From an uncultured Bacteroidota bacterium (GTDB lineage: Bacteria > Bacteroidota > Ignavibacteria > UBA10030 > UBA6906), in assembly GCA_963700635.1 (NCBI GenBank), contig CAVOYH010000003.1, forward strand, positions 608,001 to 672,000: DNA of 64,000 bases. Reading direction: 5' to 3'. Of this stretch, positions 27,565-37,505 are shown piece by piece. A model generated the notes under the pieces. That model did not search any database. It had not been told where the DNA came from and worked only from the letters and a program-made list of their open reading frames with translations. A program made the position numbers and the translations under genes. Position 1 is the stretch's first letter. Each line of letters starts with the position of its first letter.

Positions 27565-28737
27565 TCAGAACGCGCTAACGAAGCCAACCGTGAATTTGTT
27601 CGCCTTGGCTTTCATGTCGTGCGTGAACTCACCAACAAGCCTGAAGTTCCGGGCGAGAAGGTATCCGACATGACCGGTTATGGTCTGATAGTCCAGGCCG
27701 GGAGCCTCGGAATCCACCCAGTTGTACAGGGCCGCTCCATACCAGCGCCCCTTATCGCCACCCGGCGTCACCGTCAGTTCCCCAAAAGCACCGCGTGTTT
27801 TTATCCGGTTTCCGGCGGACAGATAGAAGGGGTTATCGTCGCGTCGTTCCATGTATTGCACGTTCAGTTCGACAGATTCTACTGAGACGGTGAAGTCCGG
27901 TCCGGCCATCCAGAGTGAATTTGTTCTGTCGCCGTCAGCTTCACGGCCCCAATACCCAAACACCCCGAGACGGAAATGTTCGCCGAGATCCTGTGAAAGC
28001 CGCAATGCGGTGTTCTTGTATTTGTCGTTGTCAAAATTTCGCGCCGCATCTGCTGAACCGATGCCCGAGCCGTTCAGCACTTCCACTATGATGTCTGTAC
28101 CCGTGGGGAAACCATACGTGAGCATGATCCCGCGGTCGTATGTGAGATTTGCGGAGGATCTTCCAGGTTTCACTCGGTAGATCTGGTAATCCTCCAGCGT
28201 CAGGCGTAATTCCCGTTTGAACAGGGGGTCTGACACCTGAAACTGCCCCAGGTAGACGTCCAGTTCACTCTTGAAGAGATTGTTGAACATGACGAATGCG
28301 TCCTCGAGCCCGGCCACCTCGCCCCGTTCACCAAAAAAGAAATAGAAATAGTACGACACATCCTTGGCGATCTGGCCGCCCGAAAGCAGTTTCACCAGGT
28401 ACGGCCATTGTATGTCTGTCCGTCCCACCGATCCCGGTTGCCAGCGCGCATATCCCTCAAGGCGGACTGCAAACGGCAGTTCACGCAACAGCATGAGTTG
28501 ATCATCTCCGGTTTCGCGGTATTCCCGCGGCGCATCTTTGTCAGCCAGAACAAAACCGTTCCCGGCAAATTCGTCGCCGTACGGTTTGAGTTTCGGAGCA
28601 GGAAGATGGCAGGTGTTGCATGACATGTTGTATTTCCGGGCAAATGCGGGAATTGCACATGCGTCCGAAACGCTGAGGGCAAGAAAGCCCGCGGCCAGAA
28701 CCACTGACCCAAGATATCTGCTCATTGTTGTACTCAT
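27565..28737 (-). CDS. Cyc2-like fused monoheme cytochrome c / outer-membrane porin
   Basis: Signal peptide, then IPAFARKYNMSCNTCHLPAPKLKPYGDEFAGNGF; rest made of amphipathic beta strands; terminal Phe. Confidence 0.75.
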   Translation of the reverse strand: MSTTMSRYLGSVVLAAGFLALSVSDACAIPAFARKYNMSCNTCHLPAPKLKPYGDEFAGNGFVLADKDAPREYRETGDDQLMLLRELPFAVRLEGYARWQPGSVGRTDIQWPYLVKLLSGGQIAKDVSYYFYFFFGERGEVAGLEDAFVMFNNLFKSELDVYLGQFQVSDPLFKRELRLTLEDYQIYRVKPGRSSANLTYDRGIMLTYGFPTGTDIIVEVLNGSGIGSADAARNFDNDKYKNTALRLSQDLGEHFRLGVFGYWGREADGDRTNSLWMAGPDFTVSVESVELNVQYMERRDDNPFYLSAGNRIKTRGAFGELTVTPGGDKGRWYGAALYNWVDSEAPGLDYQTITGHVGYLLARNFRLVGEFTHDMKAKANKFTVGFVSAF

Positions 28738-30083
28738 GGCAATATGGTCACCTGTGTGGAATGGGTATTAACTTCAATGATCTCCGCTTCTTCCATGGGA
28801 ACACCGAGGAATTCTGCGACCGGGGCGGGAAGTTTCTGATAGTTCACGGTCGCCTTCACCGCCAGCGGCCCCGGTGCGCATTGTATCGGGACCGTCCAGG
28901 TAAAGGTCTCGAGTTTTGTTTCGCGCGGGCCAATCCGGTAATCGGTGGACTGAGACGCAGTATTCCATTGCATGATGGTCATGCGGCCCTGGGGATCAAG
29001 ATACGGAAGGCGGAAGATCCTGTCTCCCAAAGGGATACCGTCGCGCTGGATCCCCTTGAAGTCGGGAATGTCCAGCGGAATGCCCATGTCCTGATAGGCA
29101 AGAGTATTTGCAGCGATTGTGTATTCCTCTCCGGCAAATCCCTTCTTGTCAACCGGCAAGTGATAGACCGTTCCTTTTGCATCCACCGCTTCCACATGCA
29201 ACCACACCATCCGCTCTTCGGCGGAACCGGAGGGGAATTTGTGGCCGGTCTTCTGATTAAAGAGCGCAACGGTAAACTTCATCCGTTCGCCCGGCTCGAG
29301 CTCACGAATATCCGGATGAATCCGGACCTCGATGGTGCCCCGTACTTTGCCGGGATCATGAGCGCCATGAAACAGATGCTGCCATGCATCAGTGACCGTC
29401 TCGCCCATTTCAGCCAGCTTTCCCTGAGCCTTTGTCATGTGACAGTCATGGCACCGCACACCCTCCTTGGCATACGGTCCTTCTTTCCATTCAAGGTGCG
29501 TGGACTTCACCCACACTCCATACGGGCTTTTTTCATTGTGGCAGGTTCCACAAAACTCGGCCTTTGTAATAAACTCTGATTTTTGGGTTTCGTGTGATGG
29601 AGACTCCAGATTGCCCCTGCGTCCGTATTTAACGGCGCCGGGCTCGGAATAGTAGTTGAAGTTGAACGGGATGTCACCTGAAAAGCCCGTGATCGTGTGG
29701 CACACGTCGCACGAAACCGATTCGTTTGCCCGGCTATTCTCCTCCGGCTTCGGGGGCGGCACATCACCCGCAAGAAAAGCCATCGGGGAATGACAACCGT
29801 TACATCCGGCTTTCACCTCGGCAACCTTGGGATCTTTTTCTGCATGCGGTACGGCCAATTTGAAATACTCTATCTCATCCCAATGATGGGTGTAGGCCTG
29901 CGACATCATTGACTGGCTCCACTGCTGATAAAAATCCACGTGACACGATGCGCCACAGAACTCAGGCTTCTCAAACTGTTCATATTTTTTAGAACCCAGC
30001 GCTTCATCTCCAGCCTTTTTCTGCTGCGCGAAGCCGGCGGAACACAATGCCGAAACAATCAAGAACACCATGATCTTTCTCAT
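28734..30083 (-). CDS. Periplasmic multiheme (5 heme) c-type cytochrome
   Basis: Signal peptide MRKIMVFLIVSALCSAGFA; CGASCH (CX3CH), CNGCH, CDVCH, CGTCH, CHDCH; GHKFPSG. Confidence 0.85.
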   Translation of the reverse strand: MRKIMVFLIVSALCSAGFAQQKKAGDEALGSKKYEQFEKPEFCGASCHVDFYQQWSQSMMSQAYTHHWDEIEYFKLAVPHAEKDPKVAEVKAGCNGCHSPMAFLAGDVPPPKPEENSRANESVSCDVCHTITGFSGDIPFNFNYYSEPGAVKYGRRGNLESPSHETQKSEFITKAEFCGTCHNEKSPYGVWVKSTHLEWKEGPYAKEGVRCHDCHMTKAQGKLAEMGETVTDAWQHLFHGAHDPGKVRGTIEVRIHPDIRELEPGERMKFTVALFNQKTGHKFPSGSAEERMVWLHVEAVDAKGTVYHLPVDKKGFAGEEYTIAANTLAYQDMGIPLDIPDFKGIQRDGIPLGDRIFRLPYLDPQGRMTIMQWNTASQSTDYRIGPRETKLETFTWTVPIQCAPGPLAVKATVNYQKLPAPVAEFLGVPMEEAEIIEVNTHSTQVTILP

Positions 30084-30148
30084 TCGGGGTGGCCTCTCAT
30101 CAATAGGTGGTGGGATGCTTGATGGGAAAGGGTTAATGTAAAATATGA

Positions 30149-30165
30149 CACAAAGCAAGTGCCAG
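30149..30165 (-). promoter_or_regulatory. Possible sigma54 promoter (variant -12) of the cytochrome operon
   Basis: Minus strand CTGGCACTTGCTTTGTG: strong -24 element, GG-N10-GT instead of GC. Confidence 0.35.
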
Positions 30166-30459
30166 AGCGAAACGGCAAATTCACTAAAAAAAGCCCATGA
30201 TCTGTCCGCCAGATCCGGCAGGATTCGCAAACTTGAGAATATTCGTGCGGCTGAGGCCCGTGCGAAGGAGATTGCGGTTGTAGGAAACCAGGAGTGTGAA
30301 TGAGAGATTTTGCTGGATCGGGCCCGGAAGCCGGGCTCCATCATCTCCGAATCCGCAACGGAGTGCCGGTGATGGTCGGTGCGACCACGTGCGTGAACCG
30401 GAAGCACCTCCCGGGTCTTCCAGCCCCGCGGGTTATTCCGTCGGGGCGGAGAAACCGCG

Positions 30460-31350
30460 TTACTTTGTGTCCAGAATAATCGGGAGCCCGTCTTTCCCCG
30501 ATCCAACGATCACAACTTTTGTATTCGGTGAGCTGGAGAGTTTTTCGGTTGCTTCGATCCCTTTCCACCTCAACAGTTGTTCGCTGATCCCCGCGGCAAC
30601 AATTGTCTGGAAATCGGCAATACCTTTCGCTTCAATCCGCTTCCGGTCTGCTTCCTGACGTTCTTTTAACAGGATGAACTCCATCCGTTGGGCTTCCTGA
30701 TCCGCACGCTGTTTCTGTTCGATTGCTTCCGTCAGCTGTGACGGGAGTGATACATTCCGGAGGGGTGTGGCTTCGATGAGTACGCCCCGCACGGCCACGG
30801 TTCGGGCCAGTTCTTCCTGTATTGCCGATCCGAGGCGTTCACGTTCCGTGGAATAGAGAGCGCTGGCCTGGAAACTGGCCGTGACAGACCGACTGTGAGA
30901 CCGGAACTGCGGAATTAGGACGATGGTCTCGTAATCACCGCCGGCAATTGTCTGATATACCCGCGCTGCCGAGTCGGGATTCAAGCGGTAGAGCACGCTG
31001 ATTTCCAGTCCGATGGTGAGCCCTTCACGCGAAAGCACCTGCATCGCTTCCTTGTGCTCCTGAGTTTGCGTCGTGAATTTGTGAACGCGGGCAAGCGGAT
31101 TCACCAAATTGATGCCGGGCGGTAATGTCCTTTCCGACACGATCCCGAAAACGTCAACTACCCCAACGTGTCCGGCCGGAACCTGCGTAAAGATCTGTGA
31201 GATTGCCAGCAGGCTGAAGACGACGAGCCCGAGCAATGACATGCTGACGAGAGAACGGAAGGACGGATTGTTTTCCTTCACCTTACGTGCAGCGCCGCGC
31301 CACGCGAAAAGCGCAACGATGACAACCAGAATACTCAGAATAAACAGCAT
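30460..31350 (-). CDS. SPFH/prohibitin (band 7) family membrane protein
   Basis: VPAGHVGVV, LSREGL, AIEQKQRADQEA, RIEAKGIADFQ, GKDGLPIIL. Confidence 0.9.
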   Translation of the reverse strand: MLFILSILVVIVALFAWRGAARKVKENNPSFRSLVSMSLLGLVVFSLLAISQIFTQVPAGHVGVVDVFGIVSERTLPPGINLVNPLARVHKFTTQTQEHKEAMQVLSREGLTIGLEISVLYRLNPDSAARVYQTIAGGDYETIVLIPQFRSHSRSVTASFQASALYSTERERLGSAIQEELARTVAVRGVLIEATPLRNVSLPSQLTEAIEQKQRADQEAQRMEFILLKERQEADRKRIEAKGIADFQTIVAAGISEQLLRWKGIEATEKLSSSPNTKVVIVGSGKDGLPIILDTK

Positions 31351-31423
31351 ACAGACTCTCCCTGTATATGGGACAAGTGAATGTTTCGGTGTAAGGGCAA
31401 GAGAAATACACGCGGGCGGACAC

Positions 31424-33148
31424 CTACCCCGGTGTACGCCGGACCACAAGAATCGTCATGTCATCTGCAGCCGGTTCGGCTCCCTGATGTGCGGTGACAG
31501 CGGCAAGGATGGCATCCCTGATCTCCGCTGCGGACTTGTTCCGGTGTGTCTCAAGAGTATCTACCAGCCGTTTCTCGCCGAGCAGTTCCTGACGATCGTT
31601 GGTGGCTTCGGGGATGCCGTCGGTATAGAGCACCATCACATCACCCGGACTCAGGGTGACCGTGTCCTCATCAAATGTAACACGATCAAGAATCCCAAGC
31701 AAGGTCCCTCCTGTCGAAAGGTACCGGAGAGGCCGGATTGAGGAAGAGAGGATGGGCGGGTTGTGCCCTGCGTTGCTATAATAAAACGTATGGTTCCGCG
31801 TGTCAAGAATTCCATAGACGAGCGTCACAAACTTCTCGGGGGATGTGCTGAGGACCAGGCGTTCATTCAACATGGCAATGCAGGACGACGCGCTCGCCGT
31901 CTCGTGCGCGACATCGCGGACGGATGCCTGAATGTGTGCCATCAATAATGCTGCGGGAAGGCCTTTGCCGGACACATCGCCCATGCTGAGTGCAATCCGG
32001 TGGGAATCCAGACGGATAAAATCATACAGATCCCCCGCCACTTCCCGTGCCGGGAGGGCCGTGGCGGCAAACTCATATCCCGGGATGGCCGGGACACCTG
32101 CAGGCAACAGACTCATCTGCACCTCGCGCGCCGCCAGCAGATCCCGTTCGATCCGGATTTTCTGACGTTCCTGCTCCACGAGGCGGGCATTCTCCAGTGC
32201 AATCGCGGCATGAATGGAAAGCGCATTCATGATGTGCGCATCTTCGTCGGTGAACACGCCCTTTCGTTTGTTCAGTAACTGAAAGACGCCGATGATGTTT
32301 CCGCTCTTCGTACGAATCGGCATACAGAGAATCGAACGGGTCCGGTATCCGGTCTGCCGGTCAAATTCCGGATTAAAACGAGGATCGAGATAGGCATCGG
32401 AAATATTGATGGTGTCACCTGTGGCCGCAACGTACCCCGCGATGCCCTTCCCCACCGGGAGACGAATGGTCACCCGGCTGGTCCCATCGAGTCCCTTTGC
32501 AACACGTGTCCACAATTCCTGCTTGACCTCATCCACAATGTACACCGTACCCCGGTCGCCGTCCACAATGCCGAGGGCGAGGCCCAGGAGAATGTCCAAT
32601 AATGTGTTCAGATCAAGCGTCGAGTTCAGGCTCTTGGCCGCCTCGATAAGGCGCTCAAGCGTCCGTACCTCCTGCCGGTTCCGTTCGTTCTTGCGGTTGG
32701 ATTCCGCAATATAGTGGTAATTCAGAGCGCGCATCCGGATACTGAGAACCTGCAGCAGTCGTATTGCAAGGGCTGGGGATTGATGCAGCAGCTGTTCAAA
32801 ATCAGGCTTGTGAAGCGTATAGGCCAGGCAACGATCCATAGCCGCCACGCGGGCTGATCGCGGCCGGCATGCAATCGGCTCGAGCTCGCCGAAGCAGTCA
32901 CCGGGGTGCAGCAACGCCAGGAGTTCTTCCTCGCCCTGAAGGGGTTGCTTGGTGATCCTTACACGCCCCTCCACCAGAAAAAACACCTCTTCTCCGTACC
33001 CTTCGTCCTCAATAATCGTCTCGCCGGGAAGGTAGGTGTGCTCGGTGAGTTTCTGTTCAAGAGCGCGGAACTCGTCATCCGAGAGGGTTTCGAGCAGCAC
33101 ATTGTACCGCAACCGGTTACGGCTGGGTGAATCGATACTCGTCGTCAT
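31424..33148 (-). CDS. cNMP-binding + GAF + PP2C (SpoIIE/RsbU-like) phosphatase
   Basis: cNMP FGELE..RPRSARV; GAF GIAGYVA..DAYLDPRFNPEFD..TGYRTRSILC..NK; PP2C GDLYD, GDVSGKG, NAGHNPP, YTDGI, DDMT. Confidence 0.88.
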   Translation of the reverse strand: MTTSIDSPSRNRLRYNVLLETLSDDEFRALEQKLTEHTYLPGETIIEDEGYGEEVFFLVEGRVRITKQPLQGEEELLALLHPGDCFGELEPIACRPRSARVAAMDRCLAYTLHKPDFEQLLHQSPALAIRLLQVLSIRMRALNYHYIAESNRKNERNRQEVRTLERLIEAAKSLNSTLDLNTLLDILLGLALGIVDGDRGTVYIVDEVKQELWTRVAKGLDGTSRVTIRLPVGKGIAGYVAATGDTINISDAYLDPRFNPEFDRQTGYRTRSILCMPIRTKSGNIIGVFQLLNKRKGVFTDEDAHIMNALSIHAAIALENARLVEQERQKIRIERDLLAAREVQMSLLPAGVPAIPGYEFAATALPAREVAGDLYDFIRLDSHRIALSMGDVSGKGLPAALLMAHIQASVRDVAHETASASSCIAMLNERLVLSTSPEKFVTLVYGILDTRNHTFYYSNAGHNPPILSSSIRPLRYLSTGGTLLGILDRVTFDEDTVTLSPGDVMVLYTDGIPEATNDRQELLGEKRLVDTLETHRNKSAAEIRDAILAAVTAHQGAEPAADDMTILVVRRTPG

Positions 33149-33158
33149 GGTGATCCGC

Positions 33159-33187
33159 AACATAATCGCATCGGCAGGGAAAGTCAA
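33159..33187 (-). promoter_or_regulatory. Putative sigma70 promoter, near-leaderless
   Basis: Minus strand TTGACT-17 nt-TATGTT, 10 nt before ATG 33148. Confidence 0.5.
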
Positions 33188-33210
33188 GGGAAAACGCTGC
33201 CGCCCGCCTT

Positions 33211-33239
33211 TTGCTTTTCCCCTTACCTCTCTGTATTAT
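33211..33239 (+). promoter_or_regulatory. Putative sigma70 promoter of the LD-carboxypeptidase gene
   Basis: TTGCTT-17 nt-TATTAT. Confidence 0.5.
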
Positions 33240-33280
33240 TACTCTCGTAAACTGTTTCCTCACACACCCCTGGAGATCAG

Positions 33281-34218
33281 ATGGAACCTCTGAAGCCTCC
33301 CCGTTTAAAACCCGGTGCACTGATCGGCATTATCTCTCCGGCAAGCCGCATCGCTGATCCGGCCCGCATTCAGGCAGGTGTTGGCTACCTTGAAGGCCTG
33401 GGATACCGGACCATGATCGGGAAAAACGTTTTGAACTCCTATGGATACCTCGCCGGAACGGACGAGGAGCGGGTGGCAGATCTCCATGACATGTTTGCCC
33501 ACCCTGAAGTGAAGGCCATATTGTGTGTCCGGGGCGGCTACGGTACACCCCGGCTGCTCTCGTTGATCAACTACCGGCTCATCGCCCGTCATCCGAAGAT
33601 TTTTGTGGGTTACAGCGACATCACCTCCCTGCAGCTGGCGCTCTGGAAGAAATGCCGGCTTGTCACATTCCAGGGACCGATGGTGGGGGTGGATCTGGCC
33701 GATCCTCTGGACAGCTTTACCGAAGAACTGTTCTGGAGGGTGTTGAGTTCCCCAAAAAGGGCCGGTCAGGTGGTCCCCGCGGGCGAGCCCGCTGTTGCTG
33801 TACGGGAGGGAAAGGGATCAGGCCGTTTGCTGGGGGAAACCTCGCCCATCTTGTCGCCATTCTGGGAACTGTACATCAGCCGTCCTTCGAGGACTCCCTT
33901 CTCTTTCTTGAAGACATCGGTGAGGAGCCGTACAGGATTGACCGGATGATGACTCAGCTCCGCCATGCTCGCATCCTGGACCGTGCGAAGGTCATCCTGG
34001 GAGGCCAATTCACAGATTGTGCCCCCAAAGACCCCTCAAAAGCTTCTCTGAGCATCGATGACATCTTCCGGGAAATTGGCTCCGCAATCCCCACACCGTT
34101 CCTCGCCCGGCTACCGTTCGGTCATGAAGCGAGGAAGATTACCATCCCGATCGGAATCCGCGGTCGTGTTCATGTTGGCGCCCATACGCTGGAATATCTT
34201 GAAGGGGCTGTGCGTTGA
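33281..34218 (+). pseudogene. ldcA: LD-carboxypeptidase (peptidase S66) with a single-base frameshift in a G5 run (or a sequencing error)
   Basis: First frame has RGGYG, GYSDIT, GPM up to GRLLG; second frame continues GGNL, LFLEDIGE, PFGH. Adding one G at 33832-33836 restores GRLLGGNL. Confidence 0.8.
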
Positions 34219-34225
34219 AGTCTGG

Positions 34226-34254
34226 TTGAATCTCTGCCAGAATTGTGCTACACT
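34226..34254 (+). promoter_or_regulatory. Putative sigma70 promoter of purN, near-leaderless
   Basis: TTGAAT-17 nt-TACACT with TG extension, 8 nt before ATG 34263. Confidence 0.55.
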
Positions 34255-34262
34255 ATAGTGTT

Positions 34263-34901
34263 ATGCTCAATATTGCCGTGTTCGGGTCGGGGCGGGGATC
34301 CAACTTTAAAGCGATCCTGGATGCAATCGAGCACAGGCAATTGCCGGATGCTCGTGTTGTCCTGGTGGTGAGCAACAATTCCGACGCCGGTATACTCGAC
34401 CTCGCACGGGCTGCCGGACTCCCGTACCGCCACGTGAGCCGGAAACAATACCCCTCGGAAGATTTGTGTGCGACAGATATGCTTGCCGCCCTCCACGCAG
34501 CCGAGACGAACCTGATTGTTCTTGCGGGATACATGAAGCACCTCCCCGCTCAGATTATTGCAGCATTTCGTCATCGTATTATAAATATCCACCCAGCCCT
34601 TTTGCCCGCATTTGGCGGCAAAGGGATGTACGGACTTCGTGTTCACCAGGCCGTTCTGGATTCTCACGGGCCTCTGACAGGGGCAACGGTGCACATTGTG
34701 GATGAAGAGTACGATCATGGACCGATTGTGTTGCAACGGACCGTCCCCGTGCTTTCGTCCGATTCACCCGAAAGTCTTGCTTCGCGCGTTCTTGAGATGG
34801 AACACCATCTCCTTCCCGAAGCCCTGCGCCTTTTCGCAGAAGGAAGAATCCGGATCGTTGAGGGTCAGACTCACGTTCACATCGATCCTCCACAGGAGTA
34901 G
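34263..34901 (+). CDS. purN: Phosphoribosylglycinamide formyltransferase
   Basis: SGRGSNF, LAGYM, INIHPALLP, GATVHIVDEEYDHGPI. Confidence 0.95.
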   Translation: MLNIAVFGSGRGSNFKAILDAIEHRQLPDARVVLVVSNNSDAGILDLARAAGLPYRHVSRKQYPSEDLCATDMLAALHAAETNLIVLAGYMKHLPAQIIAAFRHRIINIHPALLPAFGGKGMYGLRVHQAVLDSHGPLTGATVHIVDEEYDHGPIVLQRTVPVLSSDSPESLASRVLEMEHHLLPEALRLFAEGRIRIVEGQTHVHIDPPQE

Positions 34902-36445
34902 TGGTGCCACGCATCCGTCGGGCCCTGATAAGTGTCTCTGACAAACGCGGACTTGTCGCATTCGCCTCCGTCCTCCGTACCATGGACATCGAAATTCTGT
35001 CCACGGGCGGAACGTACTCGTTCTTGCGAGAAGCCGGCATTGAAGTCCGGCAGGTGTCCGACGTAACCGGGTTTCCCGAAATTCTGGACGGCCGGGTGAA
35101 AACGCTCCATCCGGTGATTCATGCCGGGCTGCTTGCGGTGCCGGATAATCCCGAGCACGTGCGCCAGCTGGAGGAACAGAAAATTATCCCCATCGAGATG
35201 GTAGTCGTCAACCTCTACCCGTTTGCCCGGACGATCGCGCGTCCGGACATCCGCTTGGATGACGCCATCGAGCAGATTGATATCGGTGGACCGTCGATGG
35301 TGCGCTCCGCTGCCAAAAATTTCCGGCACAAGGCCGTCATCGTGAACCCCGATCGATATGAAGAGCTCGGCGAGGAACTCCGCGCACACGACGGGTGGGT
35401 TACTGAAGAGACCTGTTTTTCGCTCGCGCGGGAGGCCTTCCGGCATACTGCGGCATACGACGCCGTGATTGCAGACTATCTTGACCGGACCGCGGGAGGT
35501 GCAACGGCATTTCCGGACACCGTAACCTTTTCTGCTCCGCGCGAACTCTCCCTTCGATACGGCGAGAACCCGCATCAGCAGGCCGCGTTGTACGGGCAGT
35601 GGGGTTCGACGTTTGAGAAACTGCATGGCAAGGAGTTGTCGTTCAACAACATTATGGACGTCTCCGCCGCGGGCGCTCTGCTCGCCGAATTCGATGAAAC
35701 GGCAGCCGTTATTGTGAAACACACGAATCCCTGCGGAGTCGGGACGGGTTCGAGCCTGCAGGAGGCATACGAGCGGGCATTTGCAACAGACACAAAATCT
35801 CCCTTCGGGGGAATCGTGGCCGTCAACCGTCCGCTTGATCTGGCAACCGCGGAACGTATGAACCAGATCTTTACTGAGGTAATTATTGCGCCATCTTTTC
35901 CCGAAGACGTTCTCGCGCTCATGCGGAAGAAGAAGGACCGCCGCCTCATCCGGATGCACGGAAACCTTCGTGGTCGTCGTGACCCGGATGTCCGGAGCGT
36001 TCCCGGAGGATTTCTCGTGCAGGAATCTGACGATAAACCTCCGGAGACGGAAGGATTCCGGGTGGTAACGCGTCGACACCCGACAGAGATCGAACGTCAG
36101 GCTCTTCTTTTCGCATGGCGAGTCGCAAAGCATGTAAAATCCAATGCCATTGTGTACGCCGGGCCGGACCGCACGTTGGGCATCGGAGCCGGCCAGATGT
36201 CACGCGTTGATGCCGCCCGAATCGCCGCGCGTAAATCGGCCGATGAAGGGCTTTCGTTGCAGGGGTCGGTGGTGGGATCGGATGCGTTCTTCCCTTTTGC
36301 CGACGGGTTGCTTGAAGCCGTCCGCGCGGGATCCGTTGCGGTTATCCAACCCGGCGGCTCAATACGGGACGAGGAAGTGATTGCCGCCGCTGACGCACAC
36401 AACATAGCCATGATATTCACAGGGATCAGACACTTCAGACACTAA
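34901..36445 (+). CDS. purH: AICAR transformylase / IMP cyclohydrolase
   Basis: [57 protein letters not shown]. Confidence 0.97.
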   Translation: MVPRIRRALISVSDKRGLVAFASVLRTMDIEILSTGGTYSFLREAGIEVRQVSDVTGFPEILDGRVKTLHPVIHAGLLAVPDNPEHVRQLEEQKIIPIEMVVVNLYPFARTIARPDIRLDDAIEQIDIGGPSMVRSAAKNFRHKAVIVNPDRYEELGEELRAHDGWVTEETCFSLAREAFRHTAAYDAVIADYLDRTAGGATAFPDTVTFSAPRELSLRYGENPHQQAALYGQWGSTFEKLHGKELSFNNIMDVSAAGALLAEFDETAAVIVKHTNPCGVGTGSSLQEAYERAFATDTKSPFGGIVAVNRPLDLATAERMNQIFTEVIIAPSFPEDVLALMRKKKDRRLIRMHGNLRGRRDPDVRSVPGGFLVQESDDKPPETEGFRVVTRRHPTEIERQALLFAWRVAKHVKSNAIVYAGPDRTLGIGAGQMSRVDAARIAARKSADEGLSLQGSVVGSDAFFPFADGLLEAVRAGSVAVIQPGGSIRDEEVIAAADAHNIAMIFTGIRHFRH

Positions 36446-36450
36446 CGCCA

Positions 36451-37476
36451 ATGGGTCTATTTTCATTTTTCTCAGCCGATCTCGCTATCGACCTCGGCAC
36501 CGCCAACACCCTCATTCACATGAAGGGAAAGGGTATTGTGCTCAATGAGCCTTCCATCGTGGCTTTTGATCGGAATACCAAGAAGATCGTCGCCATCGGA
36601 ACGGAAGCCCAGCAGATGCTGGGGAGAACGCATCGGGACATCCGCACCATCCGCCCGATGCGGGACGGCGTGATTGCGGACTTCGAGATCGCCGAAGGGA
36701 TGTTACGTGAATTTATCCGGAAAATTCACGCCAACTGGATGCCCAGCCGCAGAATCGTCATCAGTGTGCCGAGTGGTGTAACGGAAGTGGAAAAACGGGC
36801 CGTTCGTGATGCCGCGGAACATGCCGGGGCAAAAGAAGTCCACCTCGTCGCCGAACCGATGGCTGCCGCAATTGGCGTCGGGTTGGATGTGGAGGCTGCA
36901 GTCGGAAACATGATTGTGGATATCGGCGGTGGGACCACCGAAATCGCAGTCATTGCACTTTCCGGCATCGTCAACGAGGAATCCATCCGGGTAGCCGGCG
37001 ACGAAATGAACAATGCTATCATCCAGTTCTTCAAAAAGAACCACAACATCCTTATCGGCGAACGAACGGCCGAGGCAATCAAGTGTGAGGTGGGATCCGC
37101 CATGCCGCTGAAAGAAGAGATTACGATCCGGGTTAAGGGGCGTGATCTTGTTAATGGTATCCCAAAAACGAGCGAAGCCAGTTCTGTGGAGATCCGCGAA
37201 TCCCTCGGCGAACCGATCGTGCAGATCATCGAGGCAGTCAAACTCACCCTCGAACGAACCCCGCCTGAACTATCAGCAGATATTCTTGATCGTGGTGTCA
37301 TGCTCAGCGGGGGCGGGGCGCTGCTCCGCGGCCTTGATGAGCGCTTGCGGCTCGAGACACAACTCCCCGTCCATGTCTCTGAAGATCCTCTCTCTGCCGT
37401 CGTGCGGGGCACCGGCCGCATACTTGAGAACCTCAACAGGTATTCAAAAGTGCTCCTGAAGAGCAAACGGTATTAG
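36451..37476 (+). CDS. mreB: Rod shape-determining actin homolog
   Basis: IDLGTANTL, RPMRDGVIADF, DIGGGTTE, GGGALL. Confidence 0.97.
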   Translation: MGLFSFFSADLAIDLGTANTLIHMKGKGIVLNEPSIVAFDRNTKKIVAIGTEAQQMLGRTHRDIRTIRPMRDGVIADFEIAEGMLREFIRKIHANWMPSRRIVISVPSGVTEVEKRAVRDAAEHAGAKEVHLVAEPMAAAIGVGLDVEAAVGNMIVDIGGGTTEIAVIALSGIVNEESIRVAGDEMNNAIIQFFKKNHNILIGERTAEAIKCEVGSAMPLKEEITIRVKGRDLVNGIPKTSEASSVEIRESLGEPIVQIIEAVKLTLERTPPELSADILDRGVMLSGGGALLRGLDERLRLETQLPVHVSEDPLSAVVRGTGRILENLNRYSKVLLKSKRY

Positions 37477-37505
37477 CGGGAACGAACAGGAATTCTGCAG
37501 GAGTC

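Noticed and set aside
30084-30506. 141-aa N-terminal extension of the multiheme cytochrome in the ORF track (similar extensions at 1502, 12381, 16821, 41589)
   Set aside because: A signal peptide or family N-terminus starts at the downstream ATG; the extensions overlap neighbouring genes or promoters.
34877-36133. Long antisense ORFs (418 aa here; also 8705-9793, 39757-40719, 52554-53525, 56885-58063)
   Set aside because: They are shadows of well-conserved genes on the opposite strand and carry no recognisable motifs.
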